From assembly GCA_019057795.1 (NCBI GenBank), contig JAHLWS010000071.1, forward strand, positions 65,648 through 129,647: 64,000 nucleotides of DNA, in the 5' to 3' direction. Below are positions 9,437 to 19,983 of the stretch, piece after piece. Positions within the stretch are counted from its first letter, which is position 1. Each line of letters opens with the position of its first letter. The position numbers and the translations under genes are program-made. This DNA comes from Promethearchaeota archaeon (GTDB lineage: Archaea > Asgardarchaeota > Lokiarchaeia > Sigyniarchaeales > SOKP01). Below the pieces are notes generated by a model. That model saw only the letters and a list, made by a program, of their open reading frames with translations, was not told the origin of the DNA and did not search any database.

Positions 9437-10588
9437 TTGATAAAAATGTCAGAAGAAAAATATAGAAAAGCAGCAAATATAATCATAAAAGCAGGCTCGC
9501 TCCCTTTCCCGGTTAACGACACGTTGATTGAAATTTTAAAACTACTCCTTTCAGAGGAGGAATTAGAATTTATCAACGCTTTTCGTAGAAAAACCTCTCA
9601 GACGATGGAGCAGTTAATAAAGAGTAGTAAGCTGTCGGAAGCTCAAATTTTAGCGTTTATTAATCCTTTAGCTAAAAAAGGATTTATTTTTAATCAGCCG
9701 AGCTCAAAAGGTTTAATGGTCTATAGATTAATGCCAATAGTAATGGTCGGCGTTTTCGAATATATTTTTATGAAAAAAATCGAATTTTCTGAAACCGAAA
9801 AGAAAATAGCAAAAATGTTTGAAGTCTATTTTGACGAAGTAGCGGATTTTATTCAAGAAAATTACGATATGGTCTTACCCGTTTTTGAAAAAATGCTTCC
9901 GATAGATAGAACCTTGCCGAATCTAAACAAAAGCGTTCAAGGAGCTGAAATAGACATCTCCATCAATGAAGCTATAGATGTTCCTGAAGAAATAGTTTTG
10001 CCAATTCAAAAAGTCGAGGAAATCATTGAGAAATATGATGTTATCGCAGTAGGGCATTGTTTTTGTAGACACCACAGAGATTTACTAGGAAAACCATGTA
10101 AGCAAACAGACCTTAGAGAAAACTGCTTTACTTTCGGCAAATCGGCAAAATATGTGACTGAACAAGGTTTTGCTCGTTTAGTATCAAAAGAAGAAGCGCT
10201 AAAAATAATGAAAGCGTCTGAGGAGAATGGACTAGTGCATAAAGCCTTTCATCCACATTCCGATATAAAAAAAGACGAGACTAGCATATGTAATTGCTGT
10301 AACGATTGTTGTGGGACAATAGAATGGTGGAAAATGGGGCTAGCCGCTATGATTAATTCGACCAATTATCTAGCACAAGTAAACGAAGATTTATGTGTGG
10401 GATGTGGAACATGTGTAGAATATTGCTCTGTAGATGCCATTAAATTGGACGATAACAATATCGCACGAGTTATATCCGAATTTTGTATTGGATGTGGAGT
10501 TTGCTCTCATTTTTGTCCAGAAAACGCAATTTCGCTTTTAGAAGGTATGAGGAAAGTCTTTGTACCTCCGCCTAGGTTGAGAAAATAA
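9437..10588 (+). CDS. 4Fe-4S dicluster protein with N-terminal HTH-like region
   Basis: CFCR, ICNCCNDCC, two CxxCxxCxxxC(P/S) motifs; ATG likely at 9446. Confidence 0.88.
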   Translation: MIKMSEEKYRKAANIIIKAGSLPFPVNDTLIEILKLLLSEEELEFINAFRRKTSQTMEQLIKSSKLSEAQILAFINPLAKKGFIFNQPSSKGLMVYRLMPIVMVGVFEYIFMKKIEFSETEKKIAKMFEVYFDEVADFIQENYDMVLPVFEKMLPIDRTLPNLNKSVQGAEIDISINEAIDVPEEIVLPIQKVEEIIEKYDVIAVGHCFCRHHRDLLGKPCKQTDLRENCFTFGKSAKYVTEQGFARLVSKEEALKIMKASEENGLVHKAFHPHSDIKKDETSICNCCNDCCGTIEWWKMGLAAMINSTNYLAQVNEDLCVGCGTCVEYCSVDAIKLDDNNIARVISEFCIGCGVCSHFCPENAISLLEGMRKVFVPPPRLRK

Positions 10589-10625
10589 ACTTTTATAACT
10601 TTAGCGCCAAAAATTTTTATTATTA

Positions 10626-11369
10626 TTATCCTTTAATTTTTTGCTTGAATATCTCTATTGTATCTGAAATTTCAGTTAATCTTATTGAAAACTCTTTTGG
10701 TTTCAATTTCTTTAAATTTTCAAAATTTTCAATAATTTCTCTTAATTCATCAATCCAAACTTTCATAAGCAATTCGCTTTCTTTTCCTTGAATTAGTTTC
10801 CTTAAAGCTTTGGTTATTGAGGTATTAATTTTATCCATGAGTTTTTTTTCATTTACCGTGTATGATATCCTCAAAACATCTTGTTGGGTTTTAAGAGTTT
10901 CAACATCTTCTTTCATTTGAGATTTATTTTTTAGTAGTTGCTGGTTAAGTTTATTAATCTTATCCACGATGATTTCTTCTTGTGTTTTAATAGTTTGCTC
11001 CATCCTTTCTAGATTAAACGAGATATCCTTTTTTATTGCTGAAATCTCTTCTTTTGCAGATTGCTCCATCCGTTCTAGATTAAACGAGATATCCTTTTTC
11101 ATTACTGAAATCTCTTTTTTTGCAGATTTTATAGATGTTTCTAATTTAGTCATTTGATCCGTTAACTTTTGAATAGTTTCAGAGTTTTTTTTTATCGAAT
11201 CTATTTTATCTTGAACTTTATCAAATCGTTCTTCTAAATTTTTTACTTTTTTTGGCACGCTTTTTAACGAATCGATTGCGTTGTTTAATTTTTTTGTTTG
11301 CTCAATTAAATTTTGAAAATCCTTAGGGGAAATTTCTTCTAGTTCATCTTTTTTAGGAATTTTGACCAC
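10626..11369 (-). CDS. Coiled-coil protein
   Basis: Heptad-rich; overlaps the end of the upstream reading frame. Confidence 0.7.
   Translation of the reverse strand: MVKIPKKDELEEISPKDFQNLIEQTKKLNNAIDSLKSVPKKVKNLEERFDKVQDKIDSIKKNSETIQKLTDQMTKLETSIKSAKKEISVMKKDISFNLERMEQSAKEEISAIKKDISFNLERMEQTIKTQEEIIVDKINKLNQQLLKNKSQMKEDVETLKTQQDVLRISYTVNEKKLMDKINTSITKALRKLIQGKESELLMKVWIDELREIIENFENLKKLKPKEFSIRLTEISDTIEIFKQKIKG
10995..11126. repeat. 66-bp in-frame tandem duplication (22 aa)
   Basis: Units 10995-11060 and 11061-11126 encode SAK(K/E)EIS(VM/AI)KKDISFNLERMEQ. Confidence 0.9.
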
Positions 11370-12366
11370 CTTTTATATCTTTTTCAGCTTTTTTTTTACT
11401 AACTTCTTCGATTGCTTGTAGCTCTAATATTGAGTCTAGTTTTAATTCGAAATCTTTTTTAAAATTTGTTAGCTCATCTAAGGTTTTATCGATATTAACG
11501 ATAAGCGAATCAATTGGACTTTTTTTTAGATTATTAATAATATCTGAAATCATCGCTATGTTATTACCGAACGCATTAACAATATTTTCCTTAATTTCGT
11601 TAATATCGATGCCGCTTTCGTTAATCTTTTTAAGATCAATGATTTCTTTAAGAGTGACAATATCATTCTCAGAAGATTTTATAATTTTTTTTATAATTTT
11701 TGGAGTTATAATTCTATGAAGCTTACTTGAATCGATTTCTTCTAAATTAATAATTAATTGTTGAAATTCTTCCTCTTTTTTCTTAATTAAATCAAGAAAT
11801 TGCTTATAAACTCTTTTAAATTGTAAGTCATTACTTTATTCTTCTAGTTTTCTTAAAAAGTCTAATACGACCAAAGAAAATACCTCAGAAATATTATCTT
11901 GAGATTTCGCTGATATGAAAATAATGGGATAACCTTCGATATGGTATTGGCGAATGATATTTAAGAGAATTTCAAATTCTTCTGGTTTTATCAAATCTGA
12001 TTTGTTTCCTATTAAATAGATGGTACATTCAGGAGAAAAATTAGATAAATTTTTTAGATATGTTTTTTTGATTTCTTGTAATGTTTCTTTAGGATTATTT
12101 AAGTCAAAAATCAAAAAAACGGCGTCTAAATTACTGAAAAATACTGGATTCAACGGATTAAAACTTCGTTGCCCCCCGATATCCCATATATTCAATCTAA
12201 TATGAATATTTTCTAACTTATACTCCTTTCTGGCAATATTTGACCCTATGGTTGGGATATACATCGAGGGAAAATCTTTACCTACAAAAGCATTCACTAC
12301 TGAGGTTTTACCAAACCCCCAAAGTCCCAATATAGTGAGTTTGATGTTTATCTCAGAGACAATCAT
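11353..12366 (-). pseudogene. Rab/Ras-like small GTPase with C-terminal helical extension, interrupted by one in-frame TAA (11836-11838)
   Basis: G1 GLWGFGKTS, G2 PTIG, G3 WDIGGQ, G4 NKSD, G5 SAK; frame stays open after the TAA and joins ORF 11353-11553. Confidence 0.75.
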
Positions 12367-12454
12367 AATTGCTCACTTGATAAAAAATATTTAATTTAAC
12401 AATTTAATAGAATATAACAAGAGATTTATTTAAATATGCTCTATCTAAAAATGC

Positions 12455-13039
12455 TCATTTATTACTTTTTACTGAAAACCTTTTAATAGCGTAGACAATT
12501 CGTTGAATTGCTGTAATATTAGTTCCAATGGCAAGAAAAACCATGGTCCACCAGATAGCGGTGGGAAACCAGATTTGCAAAATCGAACCTATTAAAATAA
12601 TTGGCACTCTATCCGTTCTCTCCAATAACCCCACGCCGTATAAGTTTGGTACGCCTAAGGCTTCAATTTTAGCTCTGGTATAAGAAGTCAAAAAAGCTCC
12701 AACAAGCGTTATAAACCCAATATATACCTCGGTATAGCCCCCGAGTATGATTCCAAAAAAAAGTAGAAAATCTCCAATTCGGTCTAATGTAGAATCTAAA
12801 AACGCCCCTAAAGTTGTTGGTCCTTGAAGTCGAGCAATTACCCCATCTAACTGATCAAATAATTCGACAAGAAATAAACAAATTATAATAATAATTAAAT
12901 TTTGGAAGATAAATCCAAAAAAGGCTAATAATGAAAAGAAAAGTCCTAAGGATGTTATTACATTTGCCGGTATTTTGGTTAACTTTTTAGCCAGAGGGAG
13001 CAATAGTTTTTCTGAGAATTTCTTAACTCGTAATAACAT
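12455..13039 (-). CDS. CDP-alcohol phosphatidyltransferase (archaetidylinositol-phosphate synthase-like)
   Basis: DQLDGVIAR...GAFLDSTLDR signature; SYTRAKIE. Confidence 0.92.
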   Translation of the reverse strand: MLLRVKKFSEKLLLPLAKKLTKIPANVITSLGLFFSLLAFFGFIFQNLIIIIICLFLVELFDQLDGVIARLQGPTTLGAFLDSTLDRIGDFLLFFGIILGGYTEVYIGFITLVGAFLTSYTRAKIEALGVPNLYGVGLLERTDRVPIILIGSILQIWFPTAIWWTMVFLAIGTNITAIQRIVYAIKRFSVKSNK

Positions 13040-13154
13040 CTTATTTTACACCAATGTAATTAAAGAATTGTATTATTTTTTAATTAAAAGATTTATGGTA
13101 ATTTATAATTAATTAGCCCTTAAAATCATGAATAAAAAATTAAAGAAAAAGAAA

Positions 13155-14648
13155 TTAGAATCCATAAATAGGATAAAACTTCTTCTCAATATATTCTATA
13201 AAGTAACTGGGATTTAAATCCTCCCCGGTAATTCTTTTAATTAATTCGTTTGCGGGATAGATTTTTCCATGCTGGTGCACATTTTCTCGCAAATAAGTTA
13301 ATAAGTTTGAAAAGTTTCCTTTTTCATATTCGTCGGGTAAGGACGGATTCTTTTTAAGAGCGTCCCTATAAATCTGGGCGCCATATAAATTTCCTAAGAA
13401 ATAAGTTGGGAAATATCCAAAATATCCAGAACTCCAATGTACATCTTGCAAGACACCATCAGCATCGCTTGGTGGAGTGATCCCTAAAAATTCTTCCATT
13501 TTTTCGTTCCATAACTCTGGTAGCTCGTCAACCTGTACTTTTCCTTCTATAATGTCTTTTTCCATTTCAAATCTGAGAATAACGTGCATACCATAAGTAA
13601 CTTCATCGGCATCCACACGAATCAACGAAGGTTGCACCGTATTTATACTGCGATGAAAGTCTTCTATTGATTTCTTCTTTAAGTTTTTTGGAAAGCTTTT
13701 TTGCAGTTTTGGATACCAGAATTTCCAAAACTCTTTACTGCGTCCAACCATGTTTTCCCACATGCGAGATTGACTTTCGTGGATACCCATCGAACATCCA
13801 TCTGCCAAAATAGTGTCGTGAATTTTTTCCATAAATCCCATTTGATAAAGACCGTGTCCACATTCGTGAATAGTTCCAAAAAGGCATGTTGAGAAGAAAT
13901 CTTCATTTATTCGTGTAGTAATTCGCGTATCTGTAGACGATAGAGATGTTGTAAAGGGATGTACCGATTTATCTTGACGACCATGTTCGAGATCAAAATT
14001 TAGTTTTTTCATAACCTCAATACTAAATTTCCACTGTTCATCCGAATTCCATTTTTGCATGAGAATTGAAAAATCAGGTTTATCGCTTGAAGAGTCCAAT
14101 TTTTTAATAATTTTGATGAGTTTCGGTCTTGATTCATTAAAAATGTTAGCAATCCAATCGTATGTTGCACCTGGTTCGTAAAGATCAATTAGAGTAGAAT
14201 ATGGGTCGGGGTGCGTTGCTAATTTATTAGCGACTTCAATTTGCAGACCAATCATCTTTTCTAAAAGCGGTTTAAAAATTGAAAAGTCATCTTTTTTCCT
14301 TGCTTCCACCCATTTAATATGACCAAGAGAAGCAGTTTTTGCGATCTCTTCCACTAATTCGGTTGGTAATTTAACTTCCAGCTCGTATGCCCTTTTGGCT
14401 TCGCGTAAAGTGGCAGCATCAATTATATTTAAATCAGTTAGTTTCTCAGCTTTTTTTATTAACACTCCAATTTTATCTGAAATTAATCTTTCGTGCACAA
14501 TTTTACTCATGAGTGCATTTTGCGCAGCTCTTCCCTCAAATGATCCGTGAGGCAAATTAACTTGCTCATCCCACCCTAATAAAGCACGGATATAATTAAG
14601 ACGAGTTATTTCGGAAAATTGTTTTTTAAGTTCTTCTATAGGATTCAT
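13155..14648 (-). CDS. Carboxypeptidase M32 (Taq family)
   Basis: HPF, DTRITTR, HECGH, HESQS, IRVDAD, LQDVHW, GYFPTY. Confidence 0.95.
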   Translation of the reverse strand: MNPIEELKKQFSEITRLNYIRALLGWDEQVNLPHGSFEGRAAQNALMSKIVHERLISDKIGVLIKKAEKLTDLNIIDAATLREAKRAYELEVKLPTELVEEIAKTASLGHIKWVEARKKDDFSIFKPLLEKMIGLQIEVANKLATHPDPYSTLIDLYEPGATYDWIANIFNESRPKLIKIIKKLDSSSDKPDFSILMQKWNSDEQWKFSIEVMKKLNFDLEHGRQDKSVHPFTTSLSSTDTRITTRINEDFFSTCLFGTIHECGHGLYQMGFMEKIHDTILADGCSMGIHESQSRMWENMVGRSKEFWKFWYPKLQKSFPKNLKKKSIEDFHRSINTVQPSLIRVDADEVTYGMHVILRFEMEKDIIEGKVQVDELPELWNEKMEEFLGITPPSDADGVLQDVHWSSGYFGYFPTYFLGNLYGAQIYRDALKKNPSLPDEYEKGNFSNLLTYLRENVHQHGKIYPANELIKRITGEDLNPSYFIEYIEKKFYPIYGF

Positions 14649-14854
14649 CTTAGATAAGTTAGTTTAATATATTTTTAAATTTGATATATACAACTTAAAT
14701 TAATGTAAACAAAAAAAAATTTCTTTTTTATCAAAAAAATAATATTTTAAGAGTTCAGAATCTTATTAATTAAAGTTAACATGAAAAATCAGTTTTTTAC
14801 GATTTATCCAAAAATTTCTTTTACATTTAAAGCTCAAAATTTAATAAATAACAC

Positions 14855-16366
14855 CTATGAAGAGTCGTGTTTCACAAATATTTCAGCTGCTAACTCGACA
14901 TCCTCTATAGTTAGAGGTCTCGCCATGGTCCTCTGCAGCTCAGTTATCAATTGTAAGCATAACTTTAAACTTAGCGAACTTCCTTTCTTTTCGATTGTCT
15001 TTTGAAGCGTGCTTGATAATTCCTCACCAATCTTTCTCTCTTCAAGTATAGGTCGTTTTTCTTCAGGAATAACCAAGTTTATATCAAGCGTAATATCTTC
15101 TTTATCCAATTCAGCTTCTTTTGTCTCAACCGTAGAATCAGATTTTGAAAATAACATTAAATCCTCAGCTTTTTTCTCTATTTTTTGCGATGTTTGAGCT
15201 CTGTAAGTAGTTTTTGGTACTTCTGTTGATGGTGGCGCTTTTACTTCTGATTTTCTTGAAGGTAAAGGTTGTACTTTAATACTTTTAGAGAACTTAATTT
15301 TTCCAGGGATTTCAAATTTCATTTCCATATCTGCTTTTTTCCTTAGTTCAGCTTGCTCGGCTACTTTTTTCTGTAAATCATCTAAATTTTTTTTGAGCTT
15401 ATTTATATAAGTAAAGTCTTGATAGTTGTTACATATTTTTATCAATTCCTTATACTTGGAAACAGCGAGTATTAAGTTTCCCTCTCTTTCTATGTTTTTA
15501 GTTTCATTCAATAATTCTGTAAAATTATGAGGTAAAAGTTTTTTTAAACTCAACATTTTAGCAATTAAGGATTTAATTTTTTCTTTAGTGTTCGCTTCGA
15601 TTAAAGAAATTTCTTCAAAATGTGGAATATCTAATTCGTTCTTTATGAGTTTAATATCTTCATCTTCAACTAAGTCGCGATGACTTCCGAGAATCAGTAA
15701 TCTTGAAAATTTACTTTCTTGCTTTTGCAAGTTTAGGAAGTGATCAATCACTCTTATGTGGTAATTTGATAAATTAAATAGTAGGATGACCAAATCGGAG
15801 CCTTTTATAAATTTTGACCACATAAGCGAGAAGTTATCTTTAAGCGCAAAATCCCAAATATCAAATTTTAGGTTGTCAACTATATACACAGAAGTTTTAG
15901 CAAATTTCATGATTGCGCGCTCGTCATCGCTTTTCAACATGGTATAAAGCATAGTTTTTCCTGAATTAGTTGGACCTATTATTGTAATTTTTGAGTGTAG
16001 TTCGTATTGCTGTTCTCTCAAAAAATCTACAAATTCCCGCTTAACATCACTTGAATTTTTTATGTCTATCGGGTTTGGGAACAACTCTTTAAACTTTTTA
16101 GTCGTATTCTCTATCGTTGGACCAATATAGTCAAGACTATCAACCAAGTCGGTTATAAATAAAAATAATACATTCCCCTCTGATTTGTGAAATATTTGAA
16201 AATGCTCTGATACCGGCCGATGAAATATTTTACCGGGTATTGGCATTTCGATGTAGGACTGAATAATCTTTGTTACATTATTCAACTCAGCTTCTGCTAA
16301 AGCTAAAGCGTATGTGTGATTGTAGACGCAATCCCCTTGAACAAATATGTGAATTTGTCTCAGCAT
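14855..16366 (-). CDS. Longin-like domain + degenerate small-GTPase domain + helical tail
   Basis: N-terminal longin-like pattern; GPTNSGKT; WDFALKD (G3 lacks Gly); SHRD in place of NKxD. Confidence 0.7.
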   Translation of the reverse strand: MLRQIHIFVQGDCVYNHTYALALAEAELNNVTKIIQSYIEMPIPGKIFHRPVSEHFQIFHKSEGNVLFLFITDLVDSLDYIGPTIENTTKKFKELFPNPIDIKNSSDVKREFVDFLREQQYELHSKITIIGPTNSGKTMLYTMLKSDDERAIMKFAKTSVYIVDNLKFDIWDFALKDNFSLMWSKFIKGSDLVILLFNLSNYHIRVIDHFLNLQKQESKFSRLLILGSHRDLVEDEDIKLIKNELDIPHFEEISLIEANTKEKIKSLIAKMLSLKKLLPHNFTELLNETKNIEREGNLILAVSKYKELIKICNNYQDFTYINKLKKNLDDLQKKVAEQAELRKKADMEMKFEIPGKIKFSKSIKVQPLPSRKSEVKAPPSTEVPKTTYRAQTSQKIEKKAEDLMLFSKSDSTVETKEAELDKEDITLDINLVIPEEKRPILEERKIGEELSSTLQKTIEKKGSSLSLKLCLQLITELQRTMARPLTIEDVELAAEIFVKHDSS

Positions 16367-16564
16367 TTTCTTTTAAAAAAACTTTTTTTTAAGGAATTCT
16401 TTTTATCAACCTTAATAATTATTAAGATGAAACTTCTAATATAGTTTACATTACATTCAATATTTCTAAAAATGAAAAGTGATATACAGATTTTTTCAAA
16501 AAATTTAACTTTTTCTTTTCATTTTATATATTAATTGCAATTTCAATAATTTAAAATCTCGATA

Positions 16565-17569
16565 ATGCCTTTGGAACAAAATCACATAGCAAATTTTTTC
16601 AAGGATTATTCAAATCCTAGACATAAATCTGAGTTATTCAATCTTCTTAGAGATAGGATTGAGAACTTATGCGAGATTTGTTCAAAGGATCGTATCCGAA
16701 ATGTACTTAACCCAATGTGTTATCATCGCTTTTTACTTGCGCTAAGGCTCTTGAATGGGTTAGGAATTGAAGACCAACCCGAATTTTGTTATGGAGTTCA
16801 CAAAGATATAGTTTTTCGAGATTTTAGGAATAAAACGGTAATATACAAGCCAAACGATGCGTATTTATATTTAATAGATTTCTTTGATGTTTTTTTTCAC
16901 GGCGATTATAGAAAACTCAATAAATTCTTTTCTAAAAAAGATTTCAAAGATGCTAATAAGATTTTTGACGATAGGATAAATAATAGAGATGAACACTTTC
17001 AATATCTGTTAACCGATGAAAAAGGTTTTATGGTATTCAAGTACGGAGAGAAGATTCATGTTGCTTTTATTAAGGAGAATTACGCTCTCTGCAACGCTAA
17101 TCGAGAAAATATAACAGATTTAGAACTGTTATTCGGATTATGTAAACTCTTCGCACGAATTTATTTTCCAGAAATAAAGTTAAAATTAATTCCAAACAAC
17201 TGTATTGAGATTAAAACCATTATTCCTAAAGAGATACTTTTAAAAATTAGCTCTACAGAACCTACAGAAGAAGATTCTAAACGAGATAAATACATATGGA
17301 ATGTTTTCCCTAGCGAGCTTGATACTTTAAGTCAATTTTCTAAAGAAATAAACATATATTTAGATAAAAAGAAAAATTTGGCAATAAGGCTATATATTGG
17401 TATAGAATCAGAGGCCATGCTCAATCGCTCTAAACGCGTTATATTACGCTATCGAGATTTGAGATTAATATTTAACATTATCTATCGGTTGTACAATGAT
17501 TTTTACATACTAAATATTTCGTCTATGACGGATAGTACACCTCTGAAAAAGGATTTGATTGGAGTATAA
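16565..17569 (+). CDS. Hypothetical protein (Cys-containing N-terminus)
   Basis: 334-aa ORF, no recognised motif. Confidence 0.7.
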   Translation: MPLEQNHIANFFKDYSNPRHKSELFNLLRDRIENLCEICSKDRIRNVLNPMCYHRFLLALRLLNGLGIEDQPEFCYGVHKDIVFRDFRNKTVIYKPNDAYLYLIDFFDVFFHGDYRKLNKFFSKKDFKDANKIFDDRINNRDEHFQYLLTDEKGFMVFKYGEKIHVAFIKENYALCNANRENITDLELLFGLCKLFARIYFPEIKLKLIPNNCIEIKTIIPKEILLKISSTEPTEEDSKRDKYIWNVFPSELDTLSQFSKEINIYLDKKKNLAIRLYIGIESEAMLNRSKRVILRYRDLRLIFNIIYRLYNDFYILNISSMTDSTPLKKDLIGV

Positions 17570-17604
17570 AAATTATATAGGTTGAAAAACTAAATAGTTA
17601 TAAG

Positions 17605-18855
17605 TTGGTTAAAATGAGCGAAAAAAACCAAGAAAACCCAGAAATTACCAAGATAAAAGATTTCGTGAAAGATGGCAGAATTGACGACGCAGTCAAGATT
17701 ATTGCGCTCTATCTTGGAGATTCAACTCAAGAAGATTATATAGAAAGACTTGAAGATATAATCGAAATGCTATTGTCTCTCCATGGTGGACAAACCGTCT
17801 TAAGGTTTCTAATAGAACGCTTTGTTATTGACATCCCGTCTTTATTAGAAAACCTCTCGAAGCGCGATTCTGTCTTAAGATATAGCTTTCTTTTACTCTT
17901 GAAGACGATGTGTGAGCAAGAATGTTCTATTTTTCTTCCCTATAGTGAAGATTTATTAAGCTCTGAAGATCCAAACGTTAGAGAAGCCATTTTACAGCTT
18001 ATAATATTTATGGCAGGAGGAGAAAAAGATATCGTGGACGAGATGTTGATTGAAAAGATCGTTAGTACCTTAACTGATGAAAAAGATTTCGTAGTTGAGA
18101 AAGCAGTTCAAGCGTTAAAAGTTATAGGTAGAAATAATCCTTCCTCAGTCACCAAGTTAATTACTCATTATGTTAAAGAAAATCCCGAGAACGAAGAATT
18201 AAAAAAGGTTGTAGATATTGTGCTAAAATCAATCGTTACAGTTGAGAAAATCGATGAACTAGTTGAAGAGAGTGAGAAAAGGGAACCCACAGATAAGGAA
18301 TTAATAGAAAAAGAAGAGGCAAAAATTATCGATAAGGAACTCGAATTAAAGAAGAAAGAAATAGAAATCAAGAAAAAAAAGTTGGAATTAGAAGAGAAAG
18401 AAAAAGAAATAGAAGAGAAAATTATTCAAGAAAAAGAAAAAACACTTAAATTAAAAGAAGAAATCATTGAACAAGAGAGTAAAGAACAATCTGATATTGA
18501 TATTATATCAGATGAAATCCCCAAAAAAGTAAAAAAGCAATTAAAGAAAGAAGAATCTGAAATTCTCGATCAAGAAATCCTTCTAAAAAAGAAAGATTTA
18601 GAAATTAAAAAAAAAAAGCTCGAATTAGAATTTAAAGAACGCGAGATTGAAGAGTTGGCTATAATCGAGAAAGAGAAAACCTTGAAACTCAAAGAAGAAC
18701 TAATAGAAAAAGAAAGTGAATTATCGCAAGTAGAAATCGAATTACATCAAAAGAAAATCGAAGAGAAAGAGAGAAAAATTTTGGAAGATGAATTAGAAAG
18801 AGCGAAAGATAAAATAGAAGAGCTTGAAAAAGAAGCTGAAGATGGCGAAGGCTAA
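17605..18855 (+). CDS. HEAT/ARM-repeat protein with long charged coiled-coil tail
   Basis: LLSSEDPNVREAIL, LTDEKDFVVEKAVQAL; E/K-rich tail with ~58-aa internal repeat (237-bp offset, 18310/18547); ATG likely at 17614. Confidence 0.8.
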   Translation: MVKMSEKNQENPEITKIKDFVKDGRIDDAVKIIALYLGDSTQEDYIERLEDIIEMLLSLHGGQTVLRFLIERFVIDIPSLLENLSKRDSVLRYSFLLLLKTMCEQECSIFLPYSEDLLSSEDPNVREAILQLIIFMAGGEKDIVDEMLIEKIVSTLTDEKDFVVEKAVQALKVIGRNNPSSVTKLITHYVKENPENEELKKVVDIVLKSIVTVEKIDELVEESEKREPTDKELIEKEEAKIIDKELELKKKEIEIKKKKLELEEKEKEIEEKIIQEKEKTLKLKEEIIEQESKEQSDIDIISDEIPKKVKKQLKKEESEILDQEILLKKKDLEIKKKKLELEFKEREIEELAIIEKEKTLKLKEELIEKESELSQVEIELHQKKIEEKERKILEDELERAKDKIEELEKEAEDGEG

Positions 18856-18878
18856 ATTATTTAAACATCGACTAATTT

Positions 18879-19931
18879 TTATTCTTCTTCTTCGTCATCA
18901 ACCGCATCTAAATTGATGCTTGAATTTGGTTTATTCTCGCTTATTGGCGTTACATATAATCTTTTCACAATTGCTCTTATAGTCTCTATTTTTAAGCTAT
19001 CAGGTGGCAAGCCTTTTTGAATGTCCTTTGCAAGTTTGTAAGCCAGTTCTATATATTTTAAATCTTCGAGAAATTCTACAATTTGTATCTTATAATCGTT
19101 ATCGTCGATTCCAGATCCATATTCCAACAATTTTTCTTTCAATAAAATATCAATTTTTTCAGTTCTCTCAATGTAACGTATTTTTTTAACTAATTGGTTG
19201 AATGAATTGAAAATATTATATAACTCTGAACGGGGATAATCGTCTATATTTTTTAAAATGTAAAATGTAAAAAGTTCTGCTTTTTCATAACGCTTGACCC
19301 TTAAACTTATTGCTAATAGCTCGAGAAGTGCTTGCTCGTAAAGAAATTTACTTCCGATATTTGGAACGATTTTATCAAAAACCCAATCAATGAGGTTAGG
19401 CTGGTTAAATCTTTCAGCAACATCAATTAAGAGCTTAATTACAGCAAAATAAAGCTTAGCATTTTCTGTTTTGGTAGCTGTTAGAAACGAAACTAACGAA
19501 TACTTGATTCTTCCCATAGCATCTTCCAAGTTGGTGGGGGTTTCGGCGAATTTATAAAATGCCGATTCTAAAATGGGTTGGACTTTGTCTCTATTTTTAA
19601 AATCGTAAACGAAATATTCGCCCCAATTTGGACCAACTTTTTCAACCTTTTCAACTCCTTTTTTCTCTCCTTTTTTAATTTTAGCCAGTTTGGGGGTCCT
19701 CGGTTTAGCCTCTTTTAATTTTTCTAACTGAACTTTTACTTCTTCTTCAGATAAAAATTCAAGAACAATTTTGTTTTTCTCATTTGGAACAATAATTTTA
19801 AAGAAAACCTCTTCATCTTCGCTAAAGAGAGCTTCTCTTAATTCTTTTGGAAATGTTACGCCAGTTTTAGTTTTTTTTATAATATCCTCAAAAAAAAAAT
19901 CGTCGTTAGGTTTTTTCTCTTCTTGTGTCAT
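18879..19931 (-). CDS. Hypothetical protein, AbrB-like N-terminus and helical C-terminus
   Basis: GVTFPKELREAL resembles the AbrB/MazE motif. Confidence 0.6.
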   Translation of the reverse strand: MTQEEKKPNDDFFFEDIIKKTKTGVTFPKELREALFSEDEEVFFKIIVPNEKNKIVLEFLSEEEVKVQLEKLKEAKPRTPKLAKIKKGEKKGVEKVEKVGPNWGEYFVYDFKNRDKVQPILESAFYKFAETPTNLEDAMGRIKYSLVSFLTATKTENAKLYFAVIKLLIDVAERFNQPNLIDWVFDKIVPNIGSKFLYEQALLELLAISLRVKRYEKAELFTFYILKNIDDYPRSELYNIFNSFNQLVKKIRYIERTEKIDILLKEKLLEYGSGIDDNDYKIQIVEFLEDLKYIELAYKLAKDIQKGLPPDSLKIETIRAIVKRLYVTPISENKPNSSINLDAVDDEEEE

Positions 19932-19983
19932 ATTTATTTAGGAAATATAATTTTTTAATTATATGTTGTAAAGATATACAGAT

